A DNA stretch of 64,000 nt from Hyphomicrobiales bacterium (GCA_015490455.1 WFXU01000024.1:13663-77662); one strand, 5' to 3'; numbered from the stretch's first letter, positions 38,719 to 49,676 are shown. Numbers and translations are program-made. Notes: generated by a model from the letters alone, not told the origin.

Positions 38719-39489
38719 ATGAAAGATGACCCTTATATTTTAATAAGTAATGATGATGGAATAGATGCGCCCGGTCTAAAATATTTAATAGAAATAGCAA
38801 AAAAAATATCTAATAATATTTTTGTGGTTGCTCCAAAAGAAAATCAAAGCGGGGCAGGGCATAGATTTTCGCTTGGGAAAGAGTTGGATTTAGAGCGGAT
38901 AGAAAATAATATATTTGCAATTAACGGCACACCAGCCGATTGTGTTGTGGTGGGTTGTACAAAAATTATGGGAGATAAAAAGCCCGATATTGTGCTGGCA
39001 GGTATAAATCACGGACAAAATTTAGGGGATATTATTAATTGTTCCGGAACATTGGCGGCGGCGCGCGAGGGGGCGTTACACGGTGCTTTGGGAATTGGAC
39101 TAAGCCAGGCTTATGATTATGATAGTGATAAGGAAATAGATTGGTCTTGCTCAATTAAATATGCCGAAAAAATAATTAGAGGGCTGATAAGAGAACATTC
39201 AAGCAATAATACTTATTATAATATTAATTTTCCAATTAAGGAGCATGCAGAAGAGATAGATGTGCAAATTATTCCCCATCAGCGTTTTTCAACTTCTCCT
39301 TTTTGTTATTATGAGAGCATGAATGAGGGGAAGTTTTTTGTAACAATCCCTAAAACTCCCCTTCCGCTTGATAAAGGGCATGATTTTCATGAATTACACC
39401 ATGCTCACTCTATAATTATTACTCCCTTACTTTTGCAACAAACAGATGAGATAATGCTACGAAAATTACAAGGTAAGATAAAATTATAA
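38719..39489 (+). CDS. surE: 5'/3'-nucleotidase SurE
   Basis: N-terminal ILISNDDGIDAPG motif, in surE-pcm-nlpD order. Confidence 0.9.
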   Translation: MKDDPYILISNDDGIDAPGLKYLIEIAKKISNNIFVVAPKENQSGAGHRFSLGKELDLERIENNIFAINGTPADCVVVGCTKIMGDKKPDIVLAGINHGQNLGDIINCSGTLAAAREGALHGALGIGLSQAYDYDSDKEIDWSCSIKYAEKIIRGLIREHSSNNTYYNINFPIKEHAEEIDVQIIPHQRFSTSPFCYYESMNEGKFFVTIPKTPLPLDKGHDFHELHHAHSIIITPLLLQQTDEIMLRKLQGKIKL

Positions 39490-39556
39490 AGTGATAAGTT
39501 AAAAATCAGCAAATATATGCTAATATATATATAGCGAAAGGAAAAATGGTAAAATT

Positions 39557-40237
39557 GTGAGCGGTGAAAGAGAAGTAAATAATGAGCAGGAAGAATTTAC
39601 TGATTTAATGACGGCGAGGGCTTCTCTCATTCTTTCTTTACGCCAGCACGGAATTGTGAATGGGGCAATATTGCGAGCTTTTGAAATTATCCCACATGAA
39701 GCATTTATTCCGAATGAATATTTAGCCTATGCTTATCGCGATAAAACTTTTCCCCTGCCTCATTCTCAATCAATAACTTCACCAACTCATTTAGCCGATT
39801 TATTAGTGCCGCTTGAAGCTGAGGGGGTAGATAAAATATTAGAGATAGGCACTGGTTCGGGCTATTCGGCCTGCTTATTGGCAACAATGGCGAAACGGGT
39901 TTTTACAGTTGAAAGAATAAGGCAAATAGCTAAATTAGCAGAGCAAAATTGGGCAAAGACGCGTTTTAGCAATATTATTGGTTTTAATCTTGATGGTTTA
40001 TTAGGTTTAGCAGGACATCAGCCATTTGATAGGATTTTATTGGGCGGTTCGGTAAAAGAAATTCCACAAATTCTGCTTGAGCAGCTAAATGAGGGTGGAA
40101 TTTTGGTTGGCGCTGTTGGGGCAGCTAATGATTTACAAATTATAACAAGAGTAGAAAAAATTGAAGATAATTTTATTTATAGCGAGCACGGATATATCCG
40201 CTTAGCGGCGCTGATCATGGGCAAATATCGCCAATAA
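39557..40237 (+). CDS. pcm: Protein-L-isoaspartate O-methyltransferase
   Basis: SAM motif ILEIGTGSGY and the substrate motif TSPTHLA. GTG start. Confidence 0.88.
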   Translation: MSGEREVNNEQEEFTDLMTARASLILSLRQHGIVNGAILRAFEIIPHEAFIPNEYLAYAYRDKTFPLPHSQSITSPTHLADLLVPLEAEGVDKILEIGTGSGYSACLLATMAKRVFTVERIRQIAKLAEQNWAKTRFSNIIGFNLDGLLGLAGHQPFDRILLGGSVKEIPQILLEQLNEGGILVGAVGAANDLQIITRVEKIEDNFIYSEHGYIRLAALIMGKYRQ

Positions 40238-40366
40238 TGGCAATTAATATTTATAATTAATGAAATTTACCATTAATTAATCCTATCTCTTAAACACATT
40301 TTTACCTTAACAGATTATGCTCAAACTAGTTCTAAATTTAGTTTGAGTAAAATTTGAGTAAAATTT

Positions 40367-41653
40367 ATGAATATTTACGTTTTGCGGAGCAGAAATATCA
40401 GGCATCTGGCTAAGAGGGCTATTTCTTTTTCTGCTCTGTTAATTGCGGCGAGCGCGCTTTCCGGCTGTGTTTTGGTTGGTAGCCAGACTGTGGGGGGTAG
40501 GGATTTTGACTATAATATTTCTACTGCTGCCACAAATACTGCGACTAAAGCAAATTTAACTCAGCCCATGCCAAACCAGCTTTCTAAAGCCGATAATAGT
40601 TTCCCCAATAGTTCCACTTCCTTAATATCCGAAAGGGATATTCAGGTCGCTAGCGGTCCAGCCAAATATTTACCGCCCGCAAATATTGGCAATTCAGCAA
40701 ATATTCAAAATGACATAGTAACTGTCCCCACAGTAAATAATTCAAATATTGTTGCAAATAATTTACCACCTTTACCTAAAACCTCCACAATAGGGAGTTC
40801 AAATAATATGTCCGCACAACCAATGGCAAAACCAACACCACAACCAACAACAGTTTCAAAAATTTCCCCCAGCACGAATGAAACAGTGAATGTTAAAGAA
40901 GAAAATCTTTATTTCCATACTATTGAATCGGGCGAATCTCTATTTTCTATTGCTCGTAAATATGGAGTAACAGTTGCAGCAATAGTTAGCGCTAATAATC
41001 TGGCCTCAGCCGATAGAATTGGCGTTGGACAAAAAATAGCAATTCCAGGTCGCTCCGATCTTGTTATAAAAAGATCTGCTTCCTCTGTTGCAGAAGAGCC
41101 AAAACAAGAACAACAAAATATAAGAACACAAAATGTGGCTCGCGCATCAAAATCAGAAAATAGCGCCAGTCAGCCAAGCGCGCCAAAGCCAGCGCCAAAG
41201 GTGGAAAATAGTGGGAATAATAGCGCGCCAACAAAAATCGCCGCCATTAATAATAATAGTGTAAATAAAACTAGTGCAAATAATGAACAAAATGGCTTTA
41301 TTTGGCCAGCAGAAGGTGAGGTTATTTTGGATTTTGCCGGTACAAAAGGCACTGGAATAAATATTGAGTTGGCAGAAGGCACACCGATTAAGGCTACCTC
41401 AGGCGGCAAAGTAATTTATGTTGGCAATGCTGTTGAAGGGTTTGGCAATCTTATTTTAATTAAGCATGATAATGGCTATGTTTCTGCCTATGCTCATCTT
41501 TCACAAACTAATGTTACTAAGGGAACTATAGTAAGGAGCGGAGAAATAATAGGGCTGGCAGGAAAAACCGGATCAGTCACTAGTTCGCAATTACATTTTG
41601 AATTGCGAAAAGGAGCAACACCGGTTGATCCGCTTTCGCTTCTTGCTGGCTAG
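40367..41653 (+). CDS. LysM + M23 peptidase lipoprotein (NlpD-like)
   Basis: Lipobox LSGC, LysM YHTIESGESLFSIARKYGV and M23 motifs HDNGYVSAYAH and QLHFELR. Confidence 0.85.
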   Translation: MNIYVLRSRNIRHLAKRAISFSALLIAASALSGCVLVGSQTVGGRDFDYNISTAATNTATKANLTQPMPNQLSKADNSFPNSSTSLISERDIQVASGPAKYLPPANIGNSANIQNDIVTVPTVNNSNIVANNLPPLPKTSTIGSSNNMSAQPMAKPTPQPTTVSKISPSTNETVNVKEENLYFHTIESGESLFSIARKYGVTVAAIVSANNLASADRIGVGQKIAIPGRSDLVIKRSASSVAEEPKQEQQNIRTQNVARASKSENSASQPSAPKPAPKVENSGNNSAPTKIAAINNNSVNKTSANNEQNGFIWPAEGEVILDFAGTKGTGINIELAEGTPIKATSGGKVIYVGNAVEGFGNLILIKHDNGYVSAYAHLSQTNVTKGTIVRSGEIIGLAGKTGSVTSSQLHFELRKGATPVDPLSLLAG

Positions 41654-41657
41654 AGCC

Positions 41658-42566
41658 CTAATTTAGCGATATGCCTTTTTGGCCGGCAAGATGTCTGACA
41701 AATTGGATAGCGATACGTCCGGATCTGGCTCCGCGCGTTGTAGCCCATTCAATAGCGCGCGCTTCTAGTTCTTGCTTATCTATGTCAATATTATAATATT
41801 CAATATAATTATTGACCATTTTAAGATAGGTTTGCTGATCGCAATGATGAAAGCCAAGCCAAAGGCCAAATCTATCTGAGAGGGAAATTTTTTCTTCCAC
41901 CGTTTCGGACGGATTTATTGCGCTAGATCTCTCATTCTCAATCATTTCGCGTTGCATTAGGTGACGCCTATTTGAAGTCGCATAAAATAAAACATTTTTA
42001 GGCCTTCCCTCCAATCCGCCATCAAGCACGGTTTTTAATGATTTATATTCTGTTTCTCCCTGCTCAAAACTAAGATCATCACAGAAAATTAAAAAATGTG
42101 CCTCAATTAAAGATATAGCGCGCATTAATATTGGTAGGGAAGATAGGTCTTCTCGATTTATTTCAACAAGAATCAGTCTTTTATCGCCCTTTTTTAGCTG
42201 GCTAGATATTTCCAAATGCACAGATTTTATCAAAGAGCTTTTCCCCATTCCCCTAGCGCCCCATAATAGGGCATTATTCGCGCTATAGCCAAGAGCAAAT
42301 TGTTTAGTATTCTGTAGTAAAATAGAGCAAATATTATCAATTCCAACTAGCAGCTTTATAGGGATAGAATTAACATTTTTGATAGGAATCAATGAGTTAG
42401 CTTTGGGATTCCAACTATAAGCATTTTCCTTTCCAATAAAAATTTCTTTTTTGTCATTTTCTTTGCCCAATTTTTCAATATTATTTGCTATTTTTGTAAG
42501 CACCGAAACTATCTTCTTTAATTTATATTTTTTTCCCATTAAATAACCCTGTTGATTTTTTTTCAT
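41658..42566 (-). CDS. P-loop ATPase, DUF815-like
   Basis: 302 aa with Walker A LLWGARGMGKSS and Walker B-like LIFCDDLSF. It is divergent from yajC, as in many alphaproteobacteria. Confidence 0.65.
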   Translation of the reverse strand: MKKNQQGYLMGKKYKLKKIVSVLTKIANNIEKLGKENDKKEIFIGKENAYSWNPKANSLIPIKNVNSIPIKLLVGIDNICSILLQNTKQFALGYSANNALLWGARGMGKSSLIKSVHLEISSQLKKGDKRLILVEINREDLSSLPILMRAISLIEAHFLIFCDDLSFEQGETEYKSLKTVLDGGLEGRPKNVLFYATSNRRHLMQREMIENERSSAINPSETVEEKISLSDRFGLWLGFHHCDQQTYLKMVNNYIEYYNIDIDKQELEARAIEWATTRGARSGRIAIQFVRHLAGQKGISLN

Positions 42567-42698
42567 ATTTGTTTTGCAAAATTAATTAAGCGCGCTTATA
42601 TATTTCAAGCTCTAAAAGAATAGATTTATTCTGTCAAAATCATTAGTTTTTCTCTATATGAGTAAAATCATATTAATTGATAAGCAAAGGAAAGAATA

Positions 42699-43028
42699 AT
42701 GTTTGTAACAGCTGCATATGCACAAGCCACTGGAACGGGCGGAGCGGGCGATTTATTTGCCAGTCTTGCGCCAATTTTTATACTTATTATAATTTTTTGG
42801 TTTTTAATTTTCCGTCCACAACAAAAGCGCGCAAAAGCTCATCAGGAAATGTTAAATGCCATTAAACGCGGGGATACTATTGTTACAAATGGTGGCTTAG
42901 TAGGTAAGGTCATGAAAATTATTGATGATAGTGATTTAGAGGTTGAAGTTTCTAAGGGCGTAAAAGTGAAGATTGTCCGCTCAATGGTTGCCGATGTGCG
43001 ATCAAAATCAACTAGTGCCACTAATTAG
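42699..43028 (+). CDS. yajC: Preprotein translocase subunit YajC
   Basis: 109 aa with a single TM helix and the RPQQKRAKAHQEML motif. It precedes secDF. Confidence 0.85.
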   Translation: MFVTAAYAQATGTGGAGDLFASLAPIFILIIIFWFLIFRPQQKRAKAHQEMLNAIKRGDTIVTNGGLVGKVMKIIDDSDLEVEVSKGVKVKIVRSMVADVRSKSTSATN

Positions 43029-43054
43029 TCTTATTTCTCATAAAAGAGTATAAA

Positions 43055-45601
43055 ATGCTACAATTTTCCCCATTTAGAGCCTTTATTGTAACCATTGTTA
43101 CTATAATGGGGATATTATTTACCCTGCCAAATCTATTGCCAAATAATATTTTAAGCACAATGCCGGACTGGTTTCCGAAAAACAAAATTGTGCTTGGACT
43201 TGATTTGCAGGGAGGCTCTCACCTTTTATTACAGGTGAATAGAGAGGAGATAATTAGCGAAAGGATTAAAAATCTAAGACGCGATGCCAGATCAATTTTG
43301 GCCAATGATTATTCTATCGGCAATTTAATTACAACAAAAGGGGACGGCATAATTATTGAGCTGACAGATCCTGCTCGTTTAGATGCAGCTATTGAAGCAT
43401 TAAAAACGCTGCAAGTGCCAATTTCTGATAGTATTTTTGCCGGCGGCGCGGTGCAGGAGATAGAGATAGATAAGAGGGAAGATGGTAAAATAGAAATAAC
43501 CCTTACCAAAGAGGGGATAGATCAGCGTGTTTCCTCTCTTGTTACGCAATCTATAGAGGTTATTCGGAAAAGAATCGACGAATTGGGCACAACTGAACCG
43601 GTAATTCAGCGTCAGGGAGTTGATAGGGTTTTAGTGCAGGTTCCCGGTTTTGATGATTCTGCTCGACTGAAAGAATTAATCTCAAAGACTGCCCGCCTTA
43701 CTTTTCATATGGTTTATTCCGGACTAACTCCAGAGCAGGCGAGAATTCAAGGACTGCCAGTTGGCACAATGATTTTGCCCTCACAAGATGGGGGAGAGGA
43801 GCTAATTTATGAGGATGTGGCTTTGGGTGGTGAATCTTTAGTGGATGCGCAGCCAGGTTTTAATCCGCAAACTAATCAGCCAATAGTAACTTTTCGCTTT
43901 GATACGAGGGGAGCAATTATATTTGGCGAAATTACCACTGAGAATGTTGGTCGCCGTTTTGCTATTGTGCTTGATAATGAGGTTATTACCGCCCCCGTTA
44001 TACAATCGCCAATTCCCGGAGGCACGGGACAAATTGAAGGTTCTTTCACCCCCCAGAGCGCCAATGATTTAGCAGTTTTATTAAGGGCAGGAGCGCTGCC
44101 AGCCACATTGGACATTATTGAAGAAAGAACGGTTGGGCCAAGTTTGGGAGCAGATTCGGTTGCGGCAGGATTAATGGCAGGGATAGTTGGTGCTATTGGG
44201 GTTATATTATTTATGCTTATAGCCTATGGCCGTTTTGGGGTAATTGCAACTATTTCTCTTTTAATAAATGTTACCCTGATTTTGGGCGCTCTTTCTATGC
44301 TTGGGGCAACTCTTACCTTACCCGGCATTGCTGGTATTGTTTTAACTATTGGCATGGCGGTTGATGCAAATGTTTTGATTTTTGAAAGAATACGCGAAGA
44401 AATGACGGCAGGAAGAAGCGTCTATCAGGCGATAGAAGCTGGTTTTAAGCGTGCTTTAACCACCATTATTGATGCTAATATAACAACTCTTATTGCTGCT
44501 ATTATCTTATTTTTCTTGGGTTCTGGGCCAATTCAGGGCTTTGCCGTCACCTTAAGTTTGGGTATAGTTTCAACCCTATTTACCGCCTATTTAGTAACCC
44601 TATTTTTGGTATCGCGCTATTATGCAATTTTCCGCCCCAAAAAGCTCAAAATTCAATTATTAAGAATAATCCCCGATGGCACAAAAATTCCATTTATGGA
44701 TTGGCGCAAAATCGCCATAATTATTTCAACAGTTGCAATTATTGGTTCTTTGGGTCTGTTTTTTGTGCAGGGTCTTAATCTTGGTATTGATTTTAAGGGT
44801 GGATCGGCAATTGAAGTGCAGGCAAAAAATGGCAATGCAAATATTGCCGAAATAAGGGAGCGTTTGAGCGGATTAAATTTGGGCGATGTTTCGGTGCAGG
44901 GATTTGGAACGCCAAAAGATGTGTTAATTCGCATTGAAGAGCAACCCGGAGGTGACAGTGCACAACAAGAAGCGGTTAAAGCAGTATATCAGGCTCTTGG
45001 CGAAACCGATTATGAAATAAGAAGAACTGAGTCGGTTGGCCCTACTGTTTCTAGTGAATTGGCTATTGCTGGCGCTATTGCGGTATTTTCTGCGCTCGGG
45101 GCGGTGTTGGTCTATATTTGGTTCCGTTTTGAATGGCAATTTGCCATTGGCGCCATTATTGCCCTATTTCATGATGTTATATTAACTATTGGTCTTTATT
45201 CATTAGTAGGGTTAGAATTTAATCTTTCCTCCATTGCTGCTATTCTGACCATTGTTGGCTATTCTCTTAATGATACGGTTGTCGTCTATGACCGGGTGCG
45301 CGAAAAATTACGAAAATATAAAAAAATGGAAATAAAGCAATTACTGAATTTTGCTATAAATATGACCCTTTCGCGCACAGTCCTTACCTCTATAACTACT
45401 TTGATAGCTCTATTATCGCTGGTTATTTTTGGTGGGGAGGTTATTCGCGGCTTTACAATTTCAATGACTTGGGGTGTGTTGGTTGGAACATATTCCTCTA
45501 TTTTTATTGCCGCTCCAGTATTGCTCTATCTAAAGGTTAAATCGCGTGAAGATGTAGCAAAGGAAAATGTAGAAAAACGTGAAGATGGTGCCGCCATATA
45601 A
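43055..45601 (+). CDS. secDF: Fused protein-export membrane protein SecD/SecF
   Basis: 848 aa. It has a SecD periplasmic domain plus 6 TM helices, then a SecF-like repeat (LGIDFKGG) with 6 TM helices. Confidence 0.92.
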   Translation: MLQFSPFRAFIVTIVTIMGILFTLPNLLPNNILSTMPDWFPKNKIVLGLDLQGGSHLLLQVNREEIISERIKNLRRDARSILANDYSIGNLITTKGDGIIIELTDPARLDAAIEALKTLQVPISDSIFAGGAVQEIEIDKREDGKIEITLTKEGIDQRVSSLVTQSIEVIRKRIDELGTTEPVIQRQGVDRVLVQVPGFDDSARLKELISKTARLTFHMVYSGLTPEQARIQGLPVGTMILPSQDGGEELIYEDVALGGESLVDAQPGFNPQTNQPIVTFRFDTRGAIIFGEITTENVGRRFAIVLDNEVITAPVIQSPIPGGTGQIEGSFTPQSANDLAVLLRAGALPATLDIIEERTVGPSLGADSVAAGLMAGIVGAIGVILFMLIAYGRFGVIATISLLINVTLILGALSMLGATLTLPGIAGIVLTIGMAVDANVLIFERIREEMTAGRSVYQAIEAGFKRALTTIIDANITTLIAAIILFFLGSGPIQGFAVTLSLGIVSTLFTAYLVTLFLVSRYYAIFRPKKLKIQLLRIIPDGTKIPFMDWRKIAIIISTVAIIGSLGLFFVQGLNLGIDFKGGSAIEVQAKNGNANIAEIRERLSGLNLGDVSVQGFGTPKDVLIRIEEQPGGDSAQQEAVKAVYQALGETDYEIRRTESVGPTVSSELAIAGAIAVFSALGAVLVYIWFRFEWQFAIGAIIALFHDVILTIGLYSLVGLEFNLSSIAAILTIVGYSLNDTVVVYDRVREKLRKYKKMEIKQLLNFAINMTLSRTVLTSITTLIALLSLVIFGGEVIRGFTISMTWGVLVGTYSSIFIAAPVLLYLKVKSREDVAKENVEKREDGAAI

Positions 45602-45984
45602 TGAGTATAGTGGGAGATAAATCTTTTCCTGAACAGGTTCCCATTGATGAATATGGGGATTTGGGGTTTCGCTTTAAGCATCTATCGCATAGAGGCTCTA
45701 TTTTATCTTTACCTTCTGGTATTTATGCCTGGAAAGTTAATAATATCAGTGAATTGAGCGCAGCCAGTTTTGCTCCGGTTTTTGCAGAGGCTGAAAAAAT
45801 AGATATTTTTTATCTGGGCTTAGCAAATATTATTCCCTTAAAGAATGAGATAAGAAGGAATTTTGCAAAGAATAATATTGTTATTGAAGCAATAAATTTA
45901 GGATCGGCCATTAGCACCTATAATATTTTATTAAGCGAAAAACGCCAGGTGGCTGCCGGCTTTATCGTGCCGAAAATTGATTAA
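45601..45984 (+). CDS. Mth938/DUF498-like small protein
   Basis: 127 aa. ATAATG overlap with the secDF stop. The call rests on size, position and weak motif resemblance only. Confidence 0.45.
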   Translation: MSIVGDKSFPEQVPIDEYGDLGFRFKHLSHRGSILSLPSGIYAWKVNNISELSAASFAPVFAEAEKIDIFYLGLANIIPLKNEIRRNFAKNNIVIEAINLGSAISTYNILLSEKRQVAAGFIVPKID

Positions 45985-45985
45985 A

Positions 45986-46837
45986 ATGAGAAATAAAAAT
46001 ATTGCTTCTCTATTAAGAGAAAAACATAAAGAACGTTATCTAGCTTCCATTTTTATTGATAAAAAATATCGCCATTTTATTCAATCACTTTTTCTGTTTG
46101 ACGCTGAAATATCTGCAATTTCCCATATGGTGAAAGAAGCACAATTGGGAGAAATTCGTCTTAGCTATTGGCGGGAAATTTTAGAAGGTAAGCGTATGGA
46201 AGAGAGTAAAAAAAATCCGATTGCAAAAGCGATTTTACTGGTTTTAAGAAAATATAATTTGCCCCCTGACGCTCTTATCGGATTGCTGCAAGCGCGGCGT
46301 TTTGATCTTTATAGCGATAAAATGGCGAATATGAACAATTTTGAAATTTATGCAAATAAAACCGTTTCAACAATTTATCGGTTGGGTATAATAATCATGA
46401 ATGAGGGTAAAGAATTAGCAAATAATAGGGTAGCAGAATATTTGGGGATAGCCGAAGCATTAATTGGGCATGTTCGCGCCTTTGCCTATAATAGAAATAG
46501 GGGACGTTTATTTTTGCCGCAAAATATATTTATTGCTGCGGGTGTTGATGTTGAACAGATTTTTACCACTAAAAATTTAACGCAAATTGAAACAGCTCTA
46601 AAAGAAATTATAAATTTAGCCAGTGACTATTCACAAAAGGCAAAAATGGAGATTGCAAAATTGCCGGCAAATATTCGCTCCCTTTTTATTTTGCTGGCAA
46701 TTTTAGATAGGCAAATAAGTATAATAAAAATGGCCCATCCTAATTCTCATTCTAATTCTATTGCAAGGGCTAATAATATGAAGGATTGGCAAAAATTATG
46801 GCTTATGAGCAAATGGATGCTGAAAAATAGCATGTGA
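45986..46837 (+). CDS. Squalene/phytoene synthase family protein (NDUFAF6-like)
   Basis: About 283 aa and all-helical, with an RRFDLY segment. It holds the conserved position after the Mth938-like gene. ATG at 45986; the track TTG is at 45977. Confidence 0.5.
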   Translation: MRNKNIASLLREKHKERYLASIFIDKKYRHFIQSLFLFDAEISAISHMVKEAQLGEIRLSYWREILEGKRMEESKKNPIAKAILLVLRKYNLPPDALIGLLQARRFDLYSDKMANMNNFEIYANKTVSTIYRLGIIIMNEGKELANNRVAEYLGIAEALIGHVRAFAYNRNRGRLFLPQNIFIAAGVDVEQIFTTKNLTQIETALKEIINLASDYSQKAKMEIAKLPANIRSLFILLAILDRQISIIKMAHPNSHSNSIARANNMKDWQKLWLMSKWMLKNSM

Positions 46838-46981
46838 AGAGGCAGAACTAATGGGCTGAAGGGGTGAAGGGAGAATGAGAGGGATGGGGAGAAAAGTCCC
46901 TCAACTGAATTTAACCTGACAGACAACACCATCAAATTCGTTAACTGTCAGATTAAGTCTGAACCACTACATTCAGAAATA

Positions 46982-47809
46982 TTATGATTTATTTTCATTT
47001 TTCTCGCGCCGACGTATTTCGTTCCAATATTTATCCAAAATCTTTAAGCCAGCCTTCTCTAATTCTATAGAATCTTCTTTAGCGCGTCGCTCCACATATT
47101 GAAAGCGGCGAACAAATTTTAAATTTGCCTCCCTTAATGCGTCTTCGGCATCAATATTTAATTGGCGTGCCAGATTAGCAAGCGCAAGCAAACTATCGCC
47201 AATTTCTTCCTTTATTGCTTGTTTTGATTTATTTTTTTTGGCTGCCTGATATAATTCTTCTAATTCTTCAAGACATTTTTGATAAGTTTGCTGCCAATCT
47301 GGCCAATCAAAATTAGCTTTGGCAGCTCTATTTGCTAATTTTTGCGCTCTCTTTAGGGCAGGAAGATTATTTGGCACTTCATCAAGAATTGAATTTATAG
47401 CCTTATTTTTATTATTTTTTATCTCCTTTTGTTTTTCTGCTTCCCATATTAATTCAACTTCTTCTGGTTTTTTTGCATTTTTTCCCGCAAAAATATGTGG
47501 GTGACGACGAATTAGCTTCTTAGTAATTGAATAAATTACCTCATCTATATCAAAATATCCCTTTTCCTTTGCCAATTGCGCCATAAAGACCGGCTGCATT
47601 AATAAATCTCCAAGTTCATCTTTCAGACTATCATAATCTTCTCTTTCTATCGCGTCGGCAACCTCATAGGCTTCTTCTATGGCATAATGTCTTAGCGAGG
47701 ATAAATCTTGCTCTAAATCCCACGCGCAGCCATTTTGGGGATCGCGCAAGTGAGCAATAATTTCAATTAGACGAGTAATATTTTTTGCCGGCTGCATGGA
47801 TTTCCTCAA
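46982..47809 (-). CDS. mazG: Nucleoside triphosphate pyrophosphohydrolase MazG
   Basis: 275 aa with two MazG repeats carrying EExxE-type motifs (IEEAYEVADAIE; LEELEELYQA) and RRHPHIF. Confidence 0.85.
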   Translation of the reverse strand: MRKSMQPAKNITRLIEIIAHLRDPQNGCAWDLEQDLSSLRHYAIEEAYEVADAIEREDYDSLKDELGDLLMQPVFMAQLAKEKGYFDIDEVIYSITKKLIRRHPHIFAGKNAKKPEEVELIWEAEKQKEIKNNKNKAINSILDEVPNNLPALKRAQKLANRAAKANFDWPDWQQTYQKCLEELEELYQAAKKNKSKQAIKEEIGDSLLALANLARQLNIDAEDALREANLKFVRRFQYVERRAKEDSIELEKAGLKILDKYWNEIRRREKNENKS

Positions 47810-48031
47810 ACTGATTCGAATATAGAATTAGACTTTTGGCCATATGTAATTATATTATCAACTATTCTAAATATTAGCGATAATTATATTTACCGTTTTG
47901 CTAAGCAAAATAAAACATAATGTATGAAATATCAATTTTACCGGAATTACCGAACATTTCTTGACAATATAGTAGCTTATCGTAAGCATTTATAGCGAAT
48001 CTTTACTTAAATATTAATAAGAAGCCAATAT

Positions 48032-48499
48032 ATGCTAAGCATGAAGCGGATTATAGAAATATTTTTTATTATTATCCCCCTAGCCCTGTTAGCTGCCTGT
48101 GCAAATGAAAATACAGCGATTATTCGCACAAAAGATGGCAGGGAATATAAATTTAATATTGAAATAATGGATAGTCCGGAAGAACGGGCTAGGGGAATGA
48201 TGTTCCGGCAGGAGATTGATCCGGATTTTGGCATGTTGTTTGACTTTTTTGAAGAGCGACAAGTTGCCTTTTGGATGCAAAATACATTTGTTCCCCTTGA
48301 TATGATTTTTATTAGTGCAGATGGAGAAATTAAAAATATTTTTGTAAATGCGCGCCCGCTAGATACTAGTTCTATTCCTTCTAATGGGCCAGTGCGTTTT
48401 GTTTTGGAGGTGGCAGGAAATAGAACATTAGAGCTTGGCATATCAAAGGGCGATAGGCTGGAACATCCAAGAGTGCAAAAAACAGAAGCGCAAAAATAA
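48032..48499 (+). CDS. DUF192 family lipoprotein
   Basis: Lipobox LAAC and an FWMQNTFVPLDMIFI motif typical of DUF192. Confidence 0.65.
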   Translation: MLSMKRIIEIFFIIIPLALLAACANENTAIIRTKDGREYKFNIEIMDSPEERARGMMFRQEIDPDFGMLFDFFEERQVAFWMQNTFVPLDMIFISADGEIKNIFVNARPLDTSSIPSNGPVRFVLEVAGNRTLELGISKGDRLEHPRVQKTEAQK

Positions 48500-48707
48500 A
48501 GTGGGAATTAAAGAGATAGGCGAAATTAGCGTTTGATCAACGAGGATACTATAAATTTGAAATTTTACCGCATATTGTTTATGAGAAATGAACCAAAGCA
48601 CCAGTTCAATTAAAAGTGAAAGGTTAAGCTAGCCGTAATTTTGCTAAGTTTAGAAAATAATGCTATAACCATAATCCATAGGGAGGATATAATTTAGAGG
48701 GGAGATT

Positions 48708-49676
48708 TTGTCCAATTTTCGCCAGCATGCGGAATTGATAGAAAATGCGCTTGCCGCTGATAAAGCAGCAAAGAGTCCGCTTGTTGCTTCCTGGCAACGC
48801 TCAAAACTGCTCTATAAACTTAACCCCGATAAATACCGTCCCCCCGAAAGGCTTTCTCAATATGAACTGGAGCAAAGAAAAGAAAAAATTGGCTCTTTGC
48901 TTCATATAGCCAATCCTCGTCTTGACAGGCTCTATATGGCGTTTGGCTCTTCGGGTTGTTGTGTATTGCTGGCTGATGAAGATGGTGTGCCGGTCGCGCG
49001 TCGTGGTTCAGATCCGGATGATAAGATATTTAACAGGCTTGGTCTATGGACTGGAGCTTTGTGGAATGAGCAAAGTGAGGGGACTAACGGTATTGGAACT
49101 TGCCTAATTGAAAAACGCGCCCTAACCATCCACAAAGAGCAACATTTTCATACAAAGAATGTCGGTTTTTCATGTTCGGCGGCACCAATTTTTGATCATA
49201 AGGGCAGGATAATAGCGGTTTTAGATATTTCTTCTTGCCGTTCTGACTTAACAAAGGGCTTTTCCAGGCTAATTGAAGATAATGTAATCAATGTTGCTAG
49301 GCAAATTGAAGCCGAAAATTTTTGTCAATATTTTAGCGGCAATAAAATTATTTTAGCCGATAATATGCATGCTGAAACAGGCGTAATTTATCAGGGAGTT
49401 TCACTTATTGCACTTGATAATGATGATATGATTATTGGCGCAACAAGGGCTGCGCGCCGGTTTTATAATTTGGGTGAGGGTGAATTTTCACCTCTGCCTC
49501 TGTCATCATTAAAGGGCTTTAATGTTAATATTGGGGCGGATTATATGAGCGCGGGCAAAAGGAGCATAAAACAGGCACTGGCTCGTTTTAACGGCAATAA
49601 GAGCAAAGTGGCTAAAGCGCTGGGGATAAGTCGGGCTACCCTATATCGCAAAATAAAGCGACTTGGAATAAAATAA
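48708..49676 (+). CDS. AcoR-like GAF-domain regulator with Fis-type HTH and no AAA+ module
   Basis: SWQRSKLLY N-terminus, a GAF-like core and C-terminal HTH KVAKALGISRATLYRKIKRLGI. TTG start preceded by GAGGGGAG. Confidence 0.7.
   Translation: MSNFRQHAELIENALAADKAAKSPLVASWQRSKLLYKLNPDKYRPPERLSQYELEQRKEKIGSLLHIANPRLDRLYMAFGSSGCCVLLADEDGVPVARRGSDPDDKIFNRLGLWTGALWNEQSEGTNGIGTCLIEKRALTIHKEQHFHTKNVGFSCSAAPIFDHKGRIIAVLDISSCRSDLTKGFSRLIEDNVINVARQIEAENFCQYFSGNKIILADNMHAETGVIYQGVSLIALDNDDMIIGATRAARRFYNLGEGEFSPLPLSSLKGFNVNIGADYMSAGKRSIKQALARFNGNKSKVAKALGISRATLYRKIKRLGIK

Noticed and set aside
48007-48441. 144-aa ORF antisense to the DUF192 gene
   Set aside because: The plus-strand frame has a lipobox and the DUF192 FWMQNT..PLDMIFI motif. 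The antisense frame has no recognisable features.
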